This document shows positions 10,289 through 18,424 of a DNA stretch of 55,779 nt, in pieces. The DNA is from Candidatus Bilamarchaeaceae archaeon (lineage in GTDB: Archaea; Micrarchaeota; Micrarchaeia; Anstonellales; Bilamarchaeaceae): assembly GCA_038851325.1 (NCBI GenBank), contig JAWCKZ010000005.1:1-55779 (forward strand), read 5' to 3'. The position numbers were made by a program, and so were the translations under genes. Below the pieces are notes generated by a model, which had not been told where the DNA came from, searched no databases, and saw only the letters and a program-made list of their open reading frames with translations. Within the stretch, counting starts at the first letter, position 1. Each line of letters starts with the position of its first letter.

Positions 10289-12901
10289 ATGGAATACCGC
10301 GGTCTTACTGAGGCAGAAGCGGCGGAAAGGCTCGTTAAGCATGGAAGAAATGAGCTTCAGGAATTAAAAAGGGAGAGTGCTCTCGCTAAATTCCTTAGGC
10401 AGTTTCAATCATTCATGATTCTTCTTCTCCTTGGCGCAGCGGTGATAGCGCTCTTCCTTGGTAAGCAGTTGGACGCGCTTATGATATTTGGAATAGTGCT
10501 TATGCTTGGTATTCTTGGTTTTATTCAGGAGTACAAGGCCGAGAAAGCTTTCGAGGCACTTAAGAAGCTAGTTTCACCAAAAACGCGAGTTATACGCGAG
10601 GGTGCTGTTAAGATTGTCGATGCGCGCGAGATAGTGCCAGGCGACGTGATCGTTCTGGAGACTGGCGATAGAGTTCCAGCCGACGGGTTGGTAATCGAAA
10701 GCATGGAGATGAAGATTGACGAGGCATCGCTGACTGGCGAGAGCATTCCTGTCAGAAAGGACGTTCGTCATGCGAACAAAGTTTTTGCTGGCACGATCGT
10801 TATTTCGGGTAGAGGAAAGGCTCTTGTTGAGAAGACCGGCATGGCGACGGAAATAGGAAAGATAGCAACATTTGTTCAGGCTGTTGAAGTAGAAAAAACA
10901 CCACTTGAGATAAGCCTTGACAAGGTCGGAAAGCAGATGAGTGTTGGAGTCGTTGTTTTATGCGCAGTGATATTTATAGCCGGCATCCTTCACGGTTTTG
11001 AAGCATTCCATATGTTTTTGACAGCTGTTAGTCTTGCTGTTGCCGCAATTCCTGAAGGCCTTCCCGCTGTTATAACAATAGCGCTTGCCCTTGGCGTTCA
11101 AAGGATGTCAAAGAGAAATGCTATAGTTAGAAGGCTTAAGTCTGTTGAGACCCTTGGTTCTGCTGATGTGATATGTACAGATAAGACAGGCACTTTGACC
11201 AAGAACGAAATGACCGCCAAGAAAGTGTTTGTAAACTGGAAGATGATAGACGTAAGCGGGAGCGGTTACGAGACTGAGGGAGAGTTTATCTATGATGGAC
11301 AAAGACTACCTACCGGTAAAGGAATGGACAAAGGGCTCGCTCTTCTTCTGCGCATCGGTGCCCTGTGCAACAACGCGCATTTAAGAGAGGGCGAGAAAGG
11401 TAAAACTGAAGTTATAGGGGATACCACTGAGGGCGCGCTTCTTATTCTTGCTGCAAAAGCGCAGATGTATGAGGACAAGCTTCTAAAAGAAGAGCCAAAG
11501 ATAGGCGAGCTTCCCTTTGATTCGAACAGAAAGAGGATGTCTGTCGTCTGCAAGAAGGATAGGCACGCTATTGCATATTTGAAGGGCGCACCAGAAAGCA
11601 TTCTGGAGATATCTACCAAAATATTCGAGAATGGGAAGGTAAGGGCACTTACGTCTGCTGACACTAAGAGAATAGTAGAGATTAATGATTCACTAACATC
11701 CAAGGGTTATCGTACGCTTGCTCTTGGTTACAAAGACACAGACCGAACAAAGTTTGAGATAAAGAATATCGAGCGCGATATAGTTTTTGTAGGGTTAGTC
11801 GGGATAATGGACACGCCAAGAGAAGAAGTGAAGCCTGCGCTTCAACTCTGCAGAAGCGCTGGAATACGTGTGATAATGATAACCGGGGATCATCCACTCA
11901 CGGCAAGAACAATTGGAGAGGAACTTGGAATAGACAGCGGCGCTATTCTTACCGGGCACGAGGTTGACGCGATGTCTGAGAGCGAGCTTCTGGAGGCTGT
12001 TGAACGCGTCTCGCTCTTCGCAAGAGTCTCTCCAGCACATAAACTTCGAATAGTAGAGGCGCTTCTGAAGAGAGGGCATGTTGTTGCTGTGACCGGCGAT
12101 GGTGTGAACGATGCTCCCGCACTGAAACGGGCTGATATCGGGGTGGCAATGGGAATAACAGGAACGGATGTCGCAAAAGAGAGCTCTGATCTGATACTTA
12201 CCGATGATAATTTCGCGACAATCGTTTCTGCAGTAGAAGAGGGAAGAGGTATCTATGAGAACATAAGAAAGACATTGATGTATCTTTTGTCTGGAAACAT
12301 CGCAGAGGTAATGGTTATATTCTTAGCCGTAATGCTTGGTTTGCCGCTTCCTTTGGTTGCGATACAGATATTATGGATAAACCTTGTCACAGATGGTCTT
12401 CCAGCAATTGCACTTGCTGTCGATCCTGTGAGCAAGGAAATTATGGCAAGGCCACCAAGAAAAAAGAGTGAGGACATCTGGAAGGGAGCCAACCTGTTTC
12501 TTATAGAATCACCATTGATAATGATGGGCTCTATACTAGCAGTTTTTTATATTGATCTGCAGAGCGGCGATCTTGTTCTTGCGCAAACTATGGCGTTTAC
12601 GTTGTTTGTAATCCTTGAGAAGACAAAAGCATTTGTTTGCAGATCTCTTGAAAAACCAGTGGGTTGGGCGTTGTTTGAAAACAAGTGGCTCGTATACGCC
12701 ACCCTACTCACTGTAGCTTTGCATATCTTTATTTTGTATACCCCTTTCTGTAATGAATTGTTCCAGGTGAAACCGATGGGATTGCAGGACTGGGCAGAGG
12801 CGATCGTAATAGGTGTATTCTTTTATACCTATCTCGAAATTAGAAAATATTACATCGCAAGAAAAACCAGTAAGAAAACCTCCACAACCGCCGTGGCCTG
12901 A
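10289..12901 (+). CDS. Cation-transporting P-type ATPase (type IIA, Ca2+-like)
   Basis: TGES, PEGLP, DKTGTLT, KGAPE, TGD, GDGVNDAPAL, QILWINLVTD. Confidence 0.95.
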   Translation: MEYRGLTEAEAAERLVKHGRNELQELKRESALAKFLRQFQSFMILLLLGAAVIALFLGKQLDALMIFGIVLMLGILGFIQEYKAEKAFEALKKLVSPKTRVIREGAVKIVDAREIVPGDVIVLETGDRVPADGLVIESMEMKIDEASLTGESIPVRKDVRHANKVFAGTIVISGRGKALVEKTGMATEIGKIATFVQAVEVEKTPLEISLDKVGKQMSVGVVVLCAVIFIAGILHGFEAFHMFLTAVSLAVAAIPEGLPAVITIALALGVQRMSKRNAIVRRLKSVETLGSADVICTDKTGTLTKNEMTAKKVFVNWKMIDVSGSGYETEGEFIYDGQRLPTGKGMDKGLALLLRIGALCNNAHLREGEKGKTEVIGDTTEGALLILAAKAQMYEDKLLKEEPKIGELPFDSNRKRMSVVCKKDRHAIAYLKGAPESILEISTKIFENGKVRALTSADTKRIVEINDSLTSKGYRTLALGYKDTDRTKFEIKNIERDIVFVGLVGIMDTPREEVKPALQLCRSAGIRVIMITGDHPLTARTIGEELGIDSGAILTGHEVDAMSESELLEAVERVSLFARVSPAHKLRIVEALLKRGHVVAVTGDGVNDAPALKRADIGVAMGITGTDVAKESSDLILTDDNFATIVSAVEEGRGIYENIRKTLMYLLSGNIAEVMVIFLAVMLGLPLPLVAIQILWINLVTDGLPAIALAVDPVSKEIMARPPRKKSEDIWKGANLFLIESPLIMMGSILAVFYIDLQSGDLVLAQTMAFTLFVILEKTKAFVCRSLEKPVGWALFENKWLVYATLLTVALHIFILYTPFCNELFQVKPMGLQDWAEAIVIGVFFYTYLEIRKYYIARKTSKKTSTTAVA

Positions 12902-13320
12902 GAAAAACATAAGCCCACGGCACCTTGAGAACATTAGAAAGCAGAGAAAACAGTAAGAAACTTAAGAAAATAGTAAGAAAACCTCCACGACTGCCGCAGC
13001 CTGAGAGAACAGCAAGCCTGCGGCACCTTGAGAACATTAGAAAGCAGAGAAAACAGAAAGAACCTTAAAAACCAGTAAGAAAACCTCCACAACCGCCGTG
13101 GCCTGAGAGAAACGTAAGCCCACGGCACCTTGAAAACATTAGAAAGCAGAGAAAACAGAAAGAAACTTAAGAAAATAGTAAGAAAACCTAAATAGTAAGA
13201 AAACCTCCACGACTGCCGCAGCCTGAGAGAACAGCAAGCCTGCGGCACCTTGAAAACATTAGAAAGCAGAGAAAACAGTAAGAAACTTAAGAAGACAGTA
13301 AGAAAACAGAAACACCTCCA
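12869..13320. repeat. Tandem array of four ~103-bp units in A-B-A-B order plus a partial fifth; each unit has a GC-rich hairpin and an A-rich tract
   Basis: Units start AGTAAGAAAACCTCCAC at 12869, 12972, 13074 and 13194. A 17-bp partial duplication lies at 13177-13193 and a partial unit starts at 13297. Stems: GCCGTGG/CCACGGC (A) and TGCCGCAG/CTGCGGCA (B). Confidence 0.97.
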
Positions 13321-13362
13321 AAGGTTTTTATCCCTTTCAAGAGAGATATCTTTGTGATACGT

Positions 13363-14667
13363 ATGTTATCTCCTTTTGAAGAGAGGTATAAGACAGAGAT
13401 GAACGAGATATTCGAAGAAGAAAGCAAATATAAGAAATGGATGGAGGTTGAGCTTGCGCTTGCGAAGGCCCATGCAGCACTTGGTCACATACCAAAGGAT
13501 GCGCCAGAGAAGATAAGGGCTGCGATAGAGAAGGTTAAGCCAGAGAGAATACGGGCAATAGAAGAAGAAATCCATCATGACCTTATGGCAATGGTAAAGG
13601 CGCTGAGCGAGCAGGCAGGGGATGCTGGCAAATATATACATCTTGGAGCAACGAGCTATGACATCGAGGATACCGCAACCGCACTCATTTTTGTGGATGC
13701 TATCGACATCATAAAGGAAAGGGCAGAAGAACTTCGTACCGTATTGAAGAAGCTTGCACTTGCCCATAAAAAGACAGTGTGCATAGGTAGAACACATGGA
13801 CAGCACGCAGTTCCAACAACCTATGGAATGAAGTTTGCACTGTATTACCAAGAGCTTGGGCGAAATATCGAGAGGTTGGCTGCTGCCAGAGAGCGGATTG
13901 CTATAGGAAAAATGACTGGTGCAGTTGGCACAGCAGCAACATTTGGATCGGATTGGAAACAACTCGAAAACATTGTGATGAAGTATCTTGGCCTTAAGCC
14001 TGCGAAGATAACAACCCAGGTTATTCAAAGGGATAGGCATGCAGAGGTACTTTTTGTTCTTTCGCTTTTTGCCGCCACGCTTGAAAAGATGGCAAAGGAA
14101 ATCAGGAACCTTCAACGAACAGAGATCTTAGAGGTGTCAGAGCCATTCAGCGTTAAACAGGTTGGTTCATCTACCATGCCACACAAAAGGAATCCACATA
14201 AATGCGAGCGTATTTGTAGTCTGGCAAGACTTGTGAGAGCAAATCTTCAGGTAGCGCTGGAGAACATAGCACTTGAGCACGAGCGCGATCTTACGAACAG
14301 CGCAAATGAGCGGGTAATATTCCATCAAAGCTTTGTTGCAGTTGACTACATGCTTAAGCAGATGCTTTTTATTCTGGACGGGCTCGTACTCTATCCTGAG
14401 AATATAAAAAAGAACCTTGAATTAACAAATGGTTTAATAATGGCAGAACGTCTCATGCTCTACTTGGTCGATAAGAGAGGAATCGGTAGACAAGAGGCGC
14501 ACGAGCTTGTGCGGCGAGCAGCACAGAAAGCATTCATAGAAAAAAGGCACCTCAGAGAGGTTGCCGTAGAGGAAAACATCATAACGTCCGAGGAGGCTGC
14601 TGCCCTCTTCAATTATCAAACTTATATCGGAAGCGCTGTGCGGATCGTTGAAGAAGCCATAAAGTAA
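13363..14667 (+). CDS. purB: Adenylosuccinate lyase
   Basis: HHDLMA, HLGATSYDI, GRTHGQHA, GSSTMPHKRNP. ATG 13363 preferred over GTG 13354. Confidence 0.95.
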   Translation: MLSPFEERYKTEMNEIFEEESKYKKWMEVELALAKAHAALGHIPKDAPEKIRAAIEKVKPERIRAIEEEIHHDLMAMVKALSEQAGDAGKYIHLGATSYDIEDTATALIFVDAIDIIKERAEELRTVLKKLALAHKKTVCIGRTHGQHAVPTTYGMKFALYYQELGRNIERLAAARERIAIGKMTGAVGTAATFGSDWKQLENIVMKYLGLKPAKITTQVIQRDRHAEVLFVLSLFAATLEKMAKEIRNLQRTEILEVSEPFSVKQVGSSTMPHKRNPHKCERICSLARLVRANLQVALENIALEHERDLTNSANERVIFHQSFVAVDYMLKQMLFILDGLVLYPENIKKNLELTNGLIMAERLMLYLVDKRGIGRQEAHELVRRAAQKAFIEKRHLREVAVEENIITSEEAAALFNYQTYIGSAVRIVEEAIK

Positions 14668-14711
14668 CGCTCATTCTCTATCTTCTGCTGTTTTGGCGTC
14701 TTTTATGAATA

Positions 14712-14719
14712 TTTATAAA
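14712..14719 (+). promoter_or_regulatory. Putative TATA box of the VirB4-like operon
   Basis: TTTATAAA in the intergenic gap after purB, upstream of ATG 14791. Confidence 0.55.
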
Positions 14720-14790
14720 TCTCGTGTTATTATACTTTATTGTTTCGCTTTAGTACAAAACTACTGAGCGATCAAAAAAGAGGGATAAAT

Positions 14791-15609
14791 ATGCAGCAAC
14801 CTGTCGGAGCGCGTGCGTATATTCTGGGCTCCATAGGAATTGGCGTTTTGGGCGTTATCTTTGCGTTGATAGGAGGTTCACTTGGCTATCTCACGGTCAT
14901 CGGAGGTCTGCTTGCCGGTCTTGGTGCACTCGGCGGCGTTCTCTTTTGGAAATATGGATATATCCTTATACCGCTTCTAACGCAAAGAACAAGAACGATT
15001 ATGATAACATCAGAAGGGTATGAGGTGCCGCCAGAGCAAGATTGTATAGTGAAGAACGCTAACGGCGTGTTTTACGCATCGGCCTTTTTAGGTCTGAAGA
15101 TATACGAATCCGCAACTGAAAAGGCGCTTGAGGAAAACGTCTCCTATGATCAGTATTTTGAGAGAGCGATATCTAATCTGAAGTATGTTACGAAGATATC
15201 ATACATGCTGTACGTTGAGGATGTAGGGGAAAAAAGAAAGGCAATAGAAACTAAAAGGGCAGAAGCGCAACTGCGACTTCAGAGAGAGAGGGAAAAGCCG
15301 GAACCAGATGCACTCAAAATAGATAAATACGAAAGAGAAGTTGCACACTGGGATGCGCAGTTGAATAAACTGATAAAAGGGGTAAAGCCCATGGGAATAA
15401 TAGCATACGCAATGACCACTGCAAGCGGTCTCAGTAAGGAAGCTGCAATTGCAGCAGTCCGCGCGCAAGCAAGTGAGCTAAAGACCGTTCTTGCAAATGC
15501 TCTCAATGTTGAGGTAGTTAATCTCACTGCTGATGAGATGCTTAAATGCTTTGAGTGGGAGCGCTTCTATCCTGTAAGTCCTCATGAACTCGAAGAGAGC
15601 GTGGTGTAA
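14791..15609 (+). CDS. Membrane-anchored protein resembling PrgI/VirB3-type TM pair plus a VirB4 N-terminal-like domain
   Basis: Two Gly-rich N-terminal TM helices, then an alpha/beta domain with central coiled coil. Stop overlaps the ATPase start (TAATG). Family resemblance judged by eye. Confidence 0.6.
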   Translation: MQQPVGARAYILGSIGIGVLGVIFALIGGSLGYLTVIGGLLAGLGALGGVLFWKYGYILIPLLTQRTRTIMITSEGYEVPPEQDCIVKNANGVFYASAFLGLKIYESATEKALEENVSYDQYFERAISNLKYVTKISYMLYVEDVGEKRKAIETKRAEAQLRLQREREKPEPDALKIDKYEREVAHWDAQLNKLIKGVKPMGIIAYAMTTASGLSKEAAIAAVRAQASELKTVLANALNVEVVNLTADEMLKCFEWERFYPVSPHELEESVV

Positions 15610-17189
15610 TGCCGATAGGGGGGAGAGTAGCTTTAAATAAAGTCTCAAATAGGGAAATCTCGAGAAGAAACATCCTTGTTCACCCGCCTGAGCCGCCTTT
15701 GGAGATCCTCTTTTCGGACCCGCTCGATGGAATATACGTTGCAAGAACTCGGATATTTAACGTTCCCTTCTATTGGACCTATAAAAATGTTGCGAATCCT
15801 CACATTGCGGTTGTTGGAATCTCAGGGTCTGGAAAGTCATACTTTATCAAAACATTTCTCCTCAGGGCGGCGTATGTATGGAATTCAAATGCGCTTATCA
15901 TAGACTGGGCAGGGGAATACAAGAATTGGGTGCAGGAGGCGAATGGGAAGATACTCGCGCTGGGCCGTGGCTCCTACCTAAATCTCTTAGATCTTGGTGG
16001 AATGAAGCCATACGACAGGATAAAACAGATTATGAGAACGCTCGAGTTACTCACGGATATAGGCGATTACCCAGAGCAAAGGAGACTTACGGAGCAAGCA
16101 GTAGAGAAGGCGTATGTAGAGGCAAAGTTCAGAATGGATGCGAGAGAGCAAAAGGATGAGCTCGGCAGACCTCTAAAACCACCAACTCTTAAAGATGTTG
16201 TAAGGATTCTTGAGGACCAAGCAGCCACCGGCACGTACGAGTTTCCGGCTGAACTAGAAAATGCGATATATCGCTTGAAGCAGTTTATAAAACCCGGGGA
16301 GGACTATTTTGCGCAGCAAAGCACGATAAAGCTAGATGAGCTGGTAACAAGTGGCCTTGTTGACCTTGATCTTTCTGGTTTGCCCGATGAGCGATTTAGA
16401 GCGCTCGCAGCCCTTACCGTGCTCCAGTTTATAAAGGAAAAGATGAGGCTTACTGGGTACGTTGAGGAGAAGGGGATCCGTCTCTTTATAGTGTTGGATG
16501 AGGCGTGGAAGATAGCGAAAGAGGAAAATAGTGACGCAGTTATGATCGTTCGCGAAGGGCGTAAGTATAACTTTGGTATGATAATCGCGTCTCAAAACCC
16601 AACTGATATAAGCGAAACAATATTCAGCAACGCAGGCACAACATTCATTTTTAAAATAAAGTTTGAGCGTTTCCTCGATTATATGCAGGGTTCGCTCAAT
16701 TTCAGCGATTATATGCGTGGTGAGATAGGCAGGCTAGGCGTAGGTGAATGCGCAGTCAACATGGCACTCACAACCTCAACCCCTTATCCATCAACATTTT
16801 TACTAAATCGCGTTGAGGGTGAAGAGCCGACGAAGGAATACTTCCTCGAGCTGTCGGCTGTATTGACAGAAAGACAAAGGAGGGATGTTTCTGTGGCAAA
16901 AAGTGTTTCATTTTTGAAAGAGGATTTCAGAAGGAAGTTGAGGCAGTACGGTGTTTCTGATGATAGGATAGAGGAGTTGACAAAGGCATTTGATAAAGCA
17001 AACAGAAGAATGGATGTTGTATCTTTTGTCATCTCGCTTGAGCGTTATGGGATTGCTAGACGTAACATAGGCGACTTTTTAAAGGATGCGGGTATCGACG
17101 ATGCAACCATAATAAACATCTTTGCAAAGGTTGATCTGAAAAAGGGAGGAGCGGCTGGCCAGGTAAGTCAAGTAGTGCTTGAAGAGTAA
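15609..17189 (+). CDS. VirB4/HerA/FtsK-superfamily ATPase
   Basis: PHIAVVGISGSGKS (Walker A), IIDWAGEY, LFIVLDEAW (Walker B), REGRKYNFGMIIASQ (Arg finger/SQ). Confidence 0.9.
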   Translation: MPIGGRVALNKVSNREISRRNILVHPPEPPLEILFSDPLDGIYVARTRIFNVPFYWTYKNVANPHIAVVGISGSGKSYFIKTFLLRAAYVWNSNALIIDWAGEYKNWVQEANGKILALGRGSYLNLLDLGGMKPYDRIKQIMRTLELLTDIGDYPEQRRLTEQAVEKAYVEAKFRMDAREQKDELGRPLKPPTLKDVVRILEDQAATGTYEFPAELENAIYRLKQFIKPGEDYFAQQSTIKLDELVTSGLVDLDLSGLPDERFRALAALTVLQFIKEKMRLTGYVEEKGIRLFIVLDEAWKIAKEENSDAVMIVREGRKYNFGMIIASQNPTDISETIFSNAGTTFIFKIKFERFLDYMQGSLNFSDYMRGEIGRLGVGECAVNMALTTSTPYPSTFLLNRVEGEEPTKEYFLELSAVLTERQRRDVSVAKSVSFLKEDFRRKLRQYGVSDDRIEELTKAFDKANRRMDVVSFVISLERYGIARRNIGDFLKDAGIDDATIINIFAKVDLKKGGAAGQVSQVVLEE

Positions 17190-17217
17190 AAGGATTCAGG
17201 AAGGTTTAGGTGGTACT

Positions 17218-17673
17218 GTGAAGATGTGTATAGTATGTGAAAAGCCTGTTGAGGGTAAAATGGCAGTTAGGGTTAAGGAGGATAATATTATTCGCGCTAT
17301 TCGTTTGGTAAAAAGGACATTTAAGGTCGCGAGAGAGAACGAGTTATATGTCTGTGAGGATGACCTCAAAAAACACCTTGAACGCAGAGCCTCTTTTAAT
17401 AAAACACTAATTTTTTTCGGAATTGTAGCAGTTGCTCTAGTAGTCCTTTCTTTCATTTCAATGCTCCTTTCAGAAAACATAAAAATCGAAGGGCTTATTT
17501 TTTCAATTATCGTGGGCGCATTTCTCGTTCTGTTCGCACTACTATTTAAATATACCCCTGAGGTTGAGTCAGCACCGCCAAGTCTGGTCCCGTTATCGGA
17601 GGAGACCAAAGAGGAAGAAAGAACATCAAAGGTCCCTTCAAGCAGACAGCCTAAAACACATTCAAAGAGGTGA
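17218..17673 (+). CDS. Small 2-TM protein with N-terminal Cys/His cluster (possible Zn finger)
   Basis: CIVC...VCEDDLKKH followed by two TM helices. GTG 17218 follows SD GGTGG. Confidence 0.7.
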   Translation: MKMCIVCEKPVEGKMAVRVKEDNIIRAIRLVKRTFKVARENELYVCEDDLKKHLERRASFNKTLIFFGIVAVALVVLSFISMLLSENIKIEGLIFSIIVGAFLVLFALLFKYTPEVESAPPSLVPLSEETKEEERTSKVPSSRQPKTHSKR

Positions 17674-17678
17674 GAGTG

Positions 17679-18422
17679 ATGGTAGAAAAAGAGGCACAGA
17701 GTAGTTCTGAGTTGAAAAAACCAACGGCCGACGGTTTTAAACTACCAGGGAAACTGAAAGGGAGTTTCGAGAACATATCCAATATCTTAAGAGCCATTAC
17801 ATTCATAGAGGTCGCACAAGAAAAATCAGCGATAAGCATTGCGTATGTTGAAAGCAAGGACATAAATAAAAATCCATATCTCTTCTCCATCCTAAAAATA
17901 AAGGAAGATGAGCTCGAGGTTATCTACTCCATAACGCCAGAGACAAGTCCAACAAAGCGAAGGATGGACGTTATAAGATATGTTGTTAATATCCTCAGCC
18001 TGATAAGTGACGAGTATGTTGTGGACAACAAAGTGCTATATCAGTTGCTTGATGATGCGGTAAAAAAGATAGCAGAATCCGTCACGATGGATTATTCCAG
18101 GCTTTACAGGGAGTACGACGCATTAAAAAAAGAAGTGGCCGACCTTAAGATGAAAAACGAACGACTCGTAGAACAAAATAATACTCTTACAGCGCAGAAC
18201 TATGAACTTAAGGCAGAGAACGATGAACTCTTACTTAGATTGAAAGAGCTTGAAAAAGTATCAGATGAGACTCTTAAAGGAAAAATTCAAGAATGGATCG
18301 CGGAGCACAACGGGTCGATAAATATATTAGAGTTTGCAAAGGTTTATGGAGTGGTAGAAAGTAGGGTTGAGGAGATCTTGAATCAACTTGTCAGCGAGGG
18401 ATATTTGGAAGTGGTTGATTAG
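17679..18422 (+). CDS. Hypothetical protein: globular N-domain, coiled coil, C-terminal winged-helix-like motif
   Basis: Heptad region LKKEVADLKMKNERL...; C-terminus ILEFAKVYGVVESRVEEILNQLVSEGYLE; SD GAGGTGA. Confidence 0.75.
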   Translation: MVEKEAQSSSELKKPTADGFKLPGKLKGSFENISNILRAITFIEVAQEKSAISIAYVESKDINKNPYLFSILKIKEDELEVIYSITPETSPTKRRMDVIRYVVNILSLISDEYVVDNKVLYQLLDDAVKKIAESVTMDYSRLYREYDALKKEVADLKMKNERLVEQNNTLTAQNYELKAENDELLLRLKELEKVSDETLKGKIQEWIAEHNGSINILEFAKVYGVVESRVEEILNQLVSEGYLEVVD

Positions 18423-18424
18423 GC

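Noticed and set aside
13095..13126. Hammerhead ribozyme (CTGAGA-GAAA-CGTAAG-C inside a stem)
   Set aside because: No stem II, the core lacks N7 and the U of the NUH cleavage triplet, and the other units do not keep GAAAC.
12704..13248. Minus-strand ORFs over the repeat array
   Set aside because: They are translations of the repeat in shifting frames, with no credible start signals.
12869..13320. CRISPR array
   Set aside because: Units are ~103 bp and almost wholly repeated, with no unique spacers, and there are no cas genes in the window.
13366..14115. Long antisense ORFs (249 aa here; also 7712-8392 and 33751-34386)
   Set aside because: They lie opposite well-supported housekeeping genes and have no recognisable motifs.
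15609..17189. Integrated conjugative element or provirus around the VirB4-like ATPase
   Set aside because: No integrase, relaxase, att repeats or capsid genes; flanks are purB and NUDIX/tfe.
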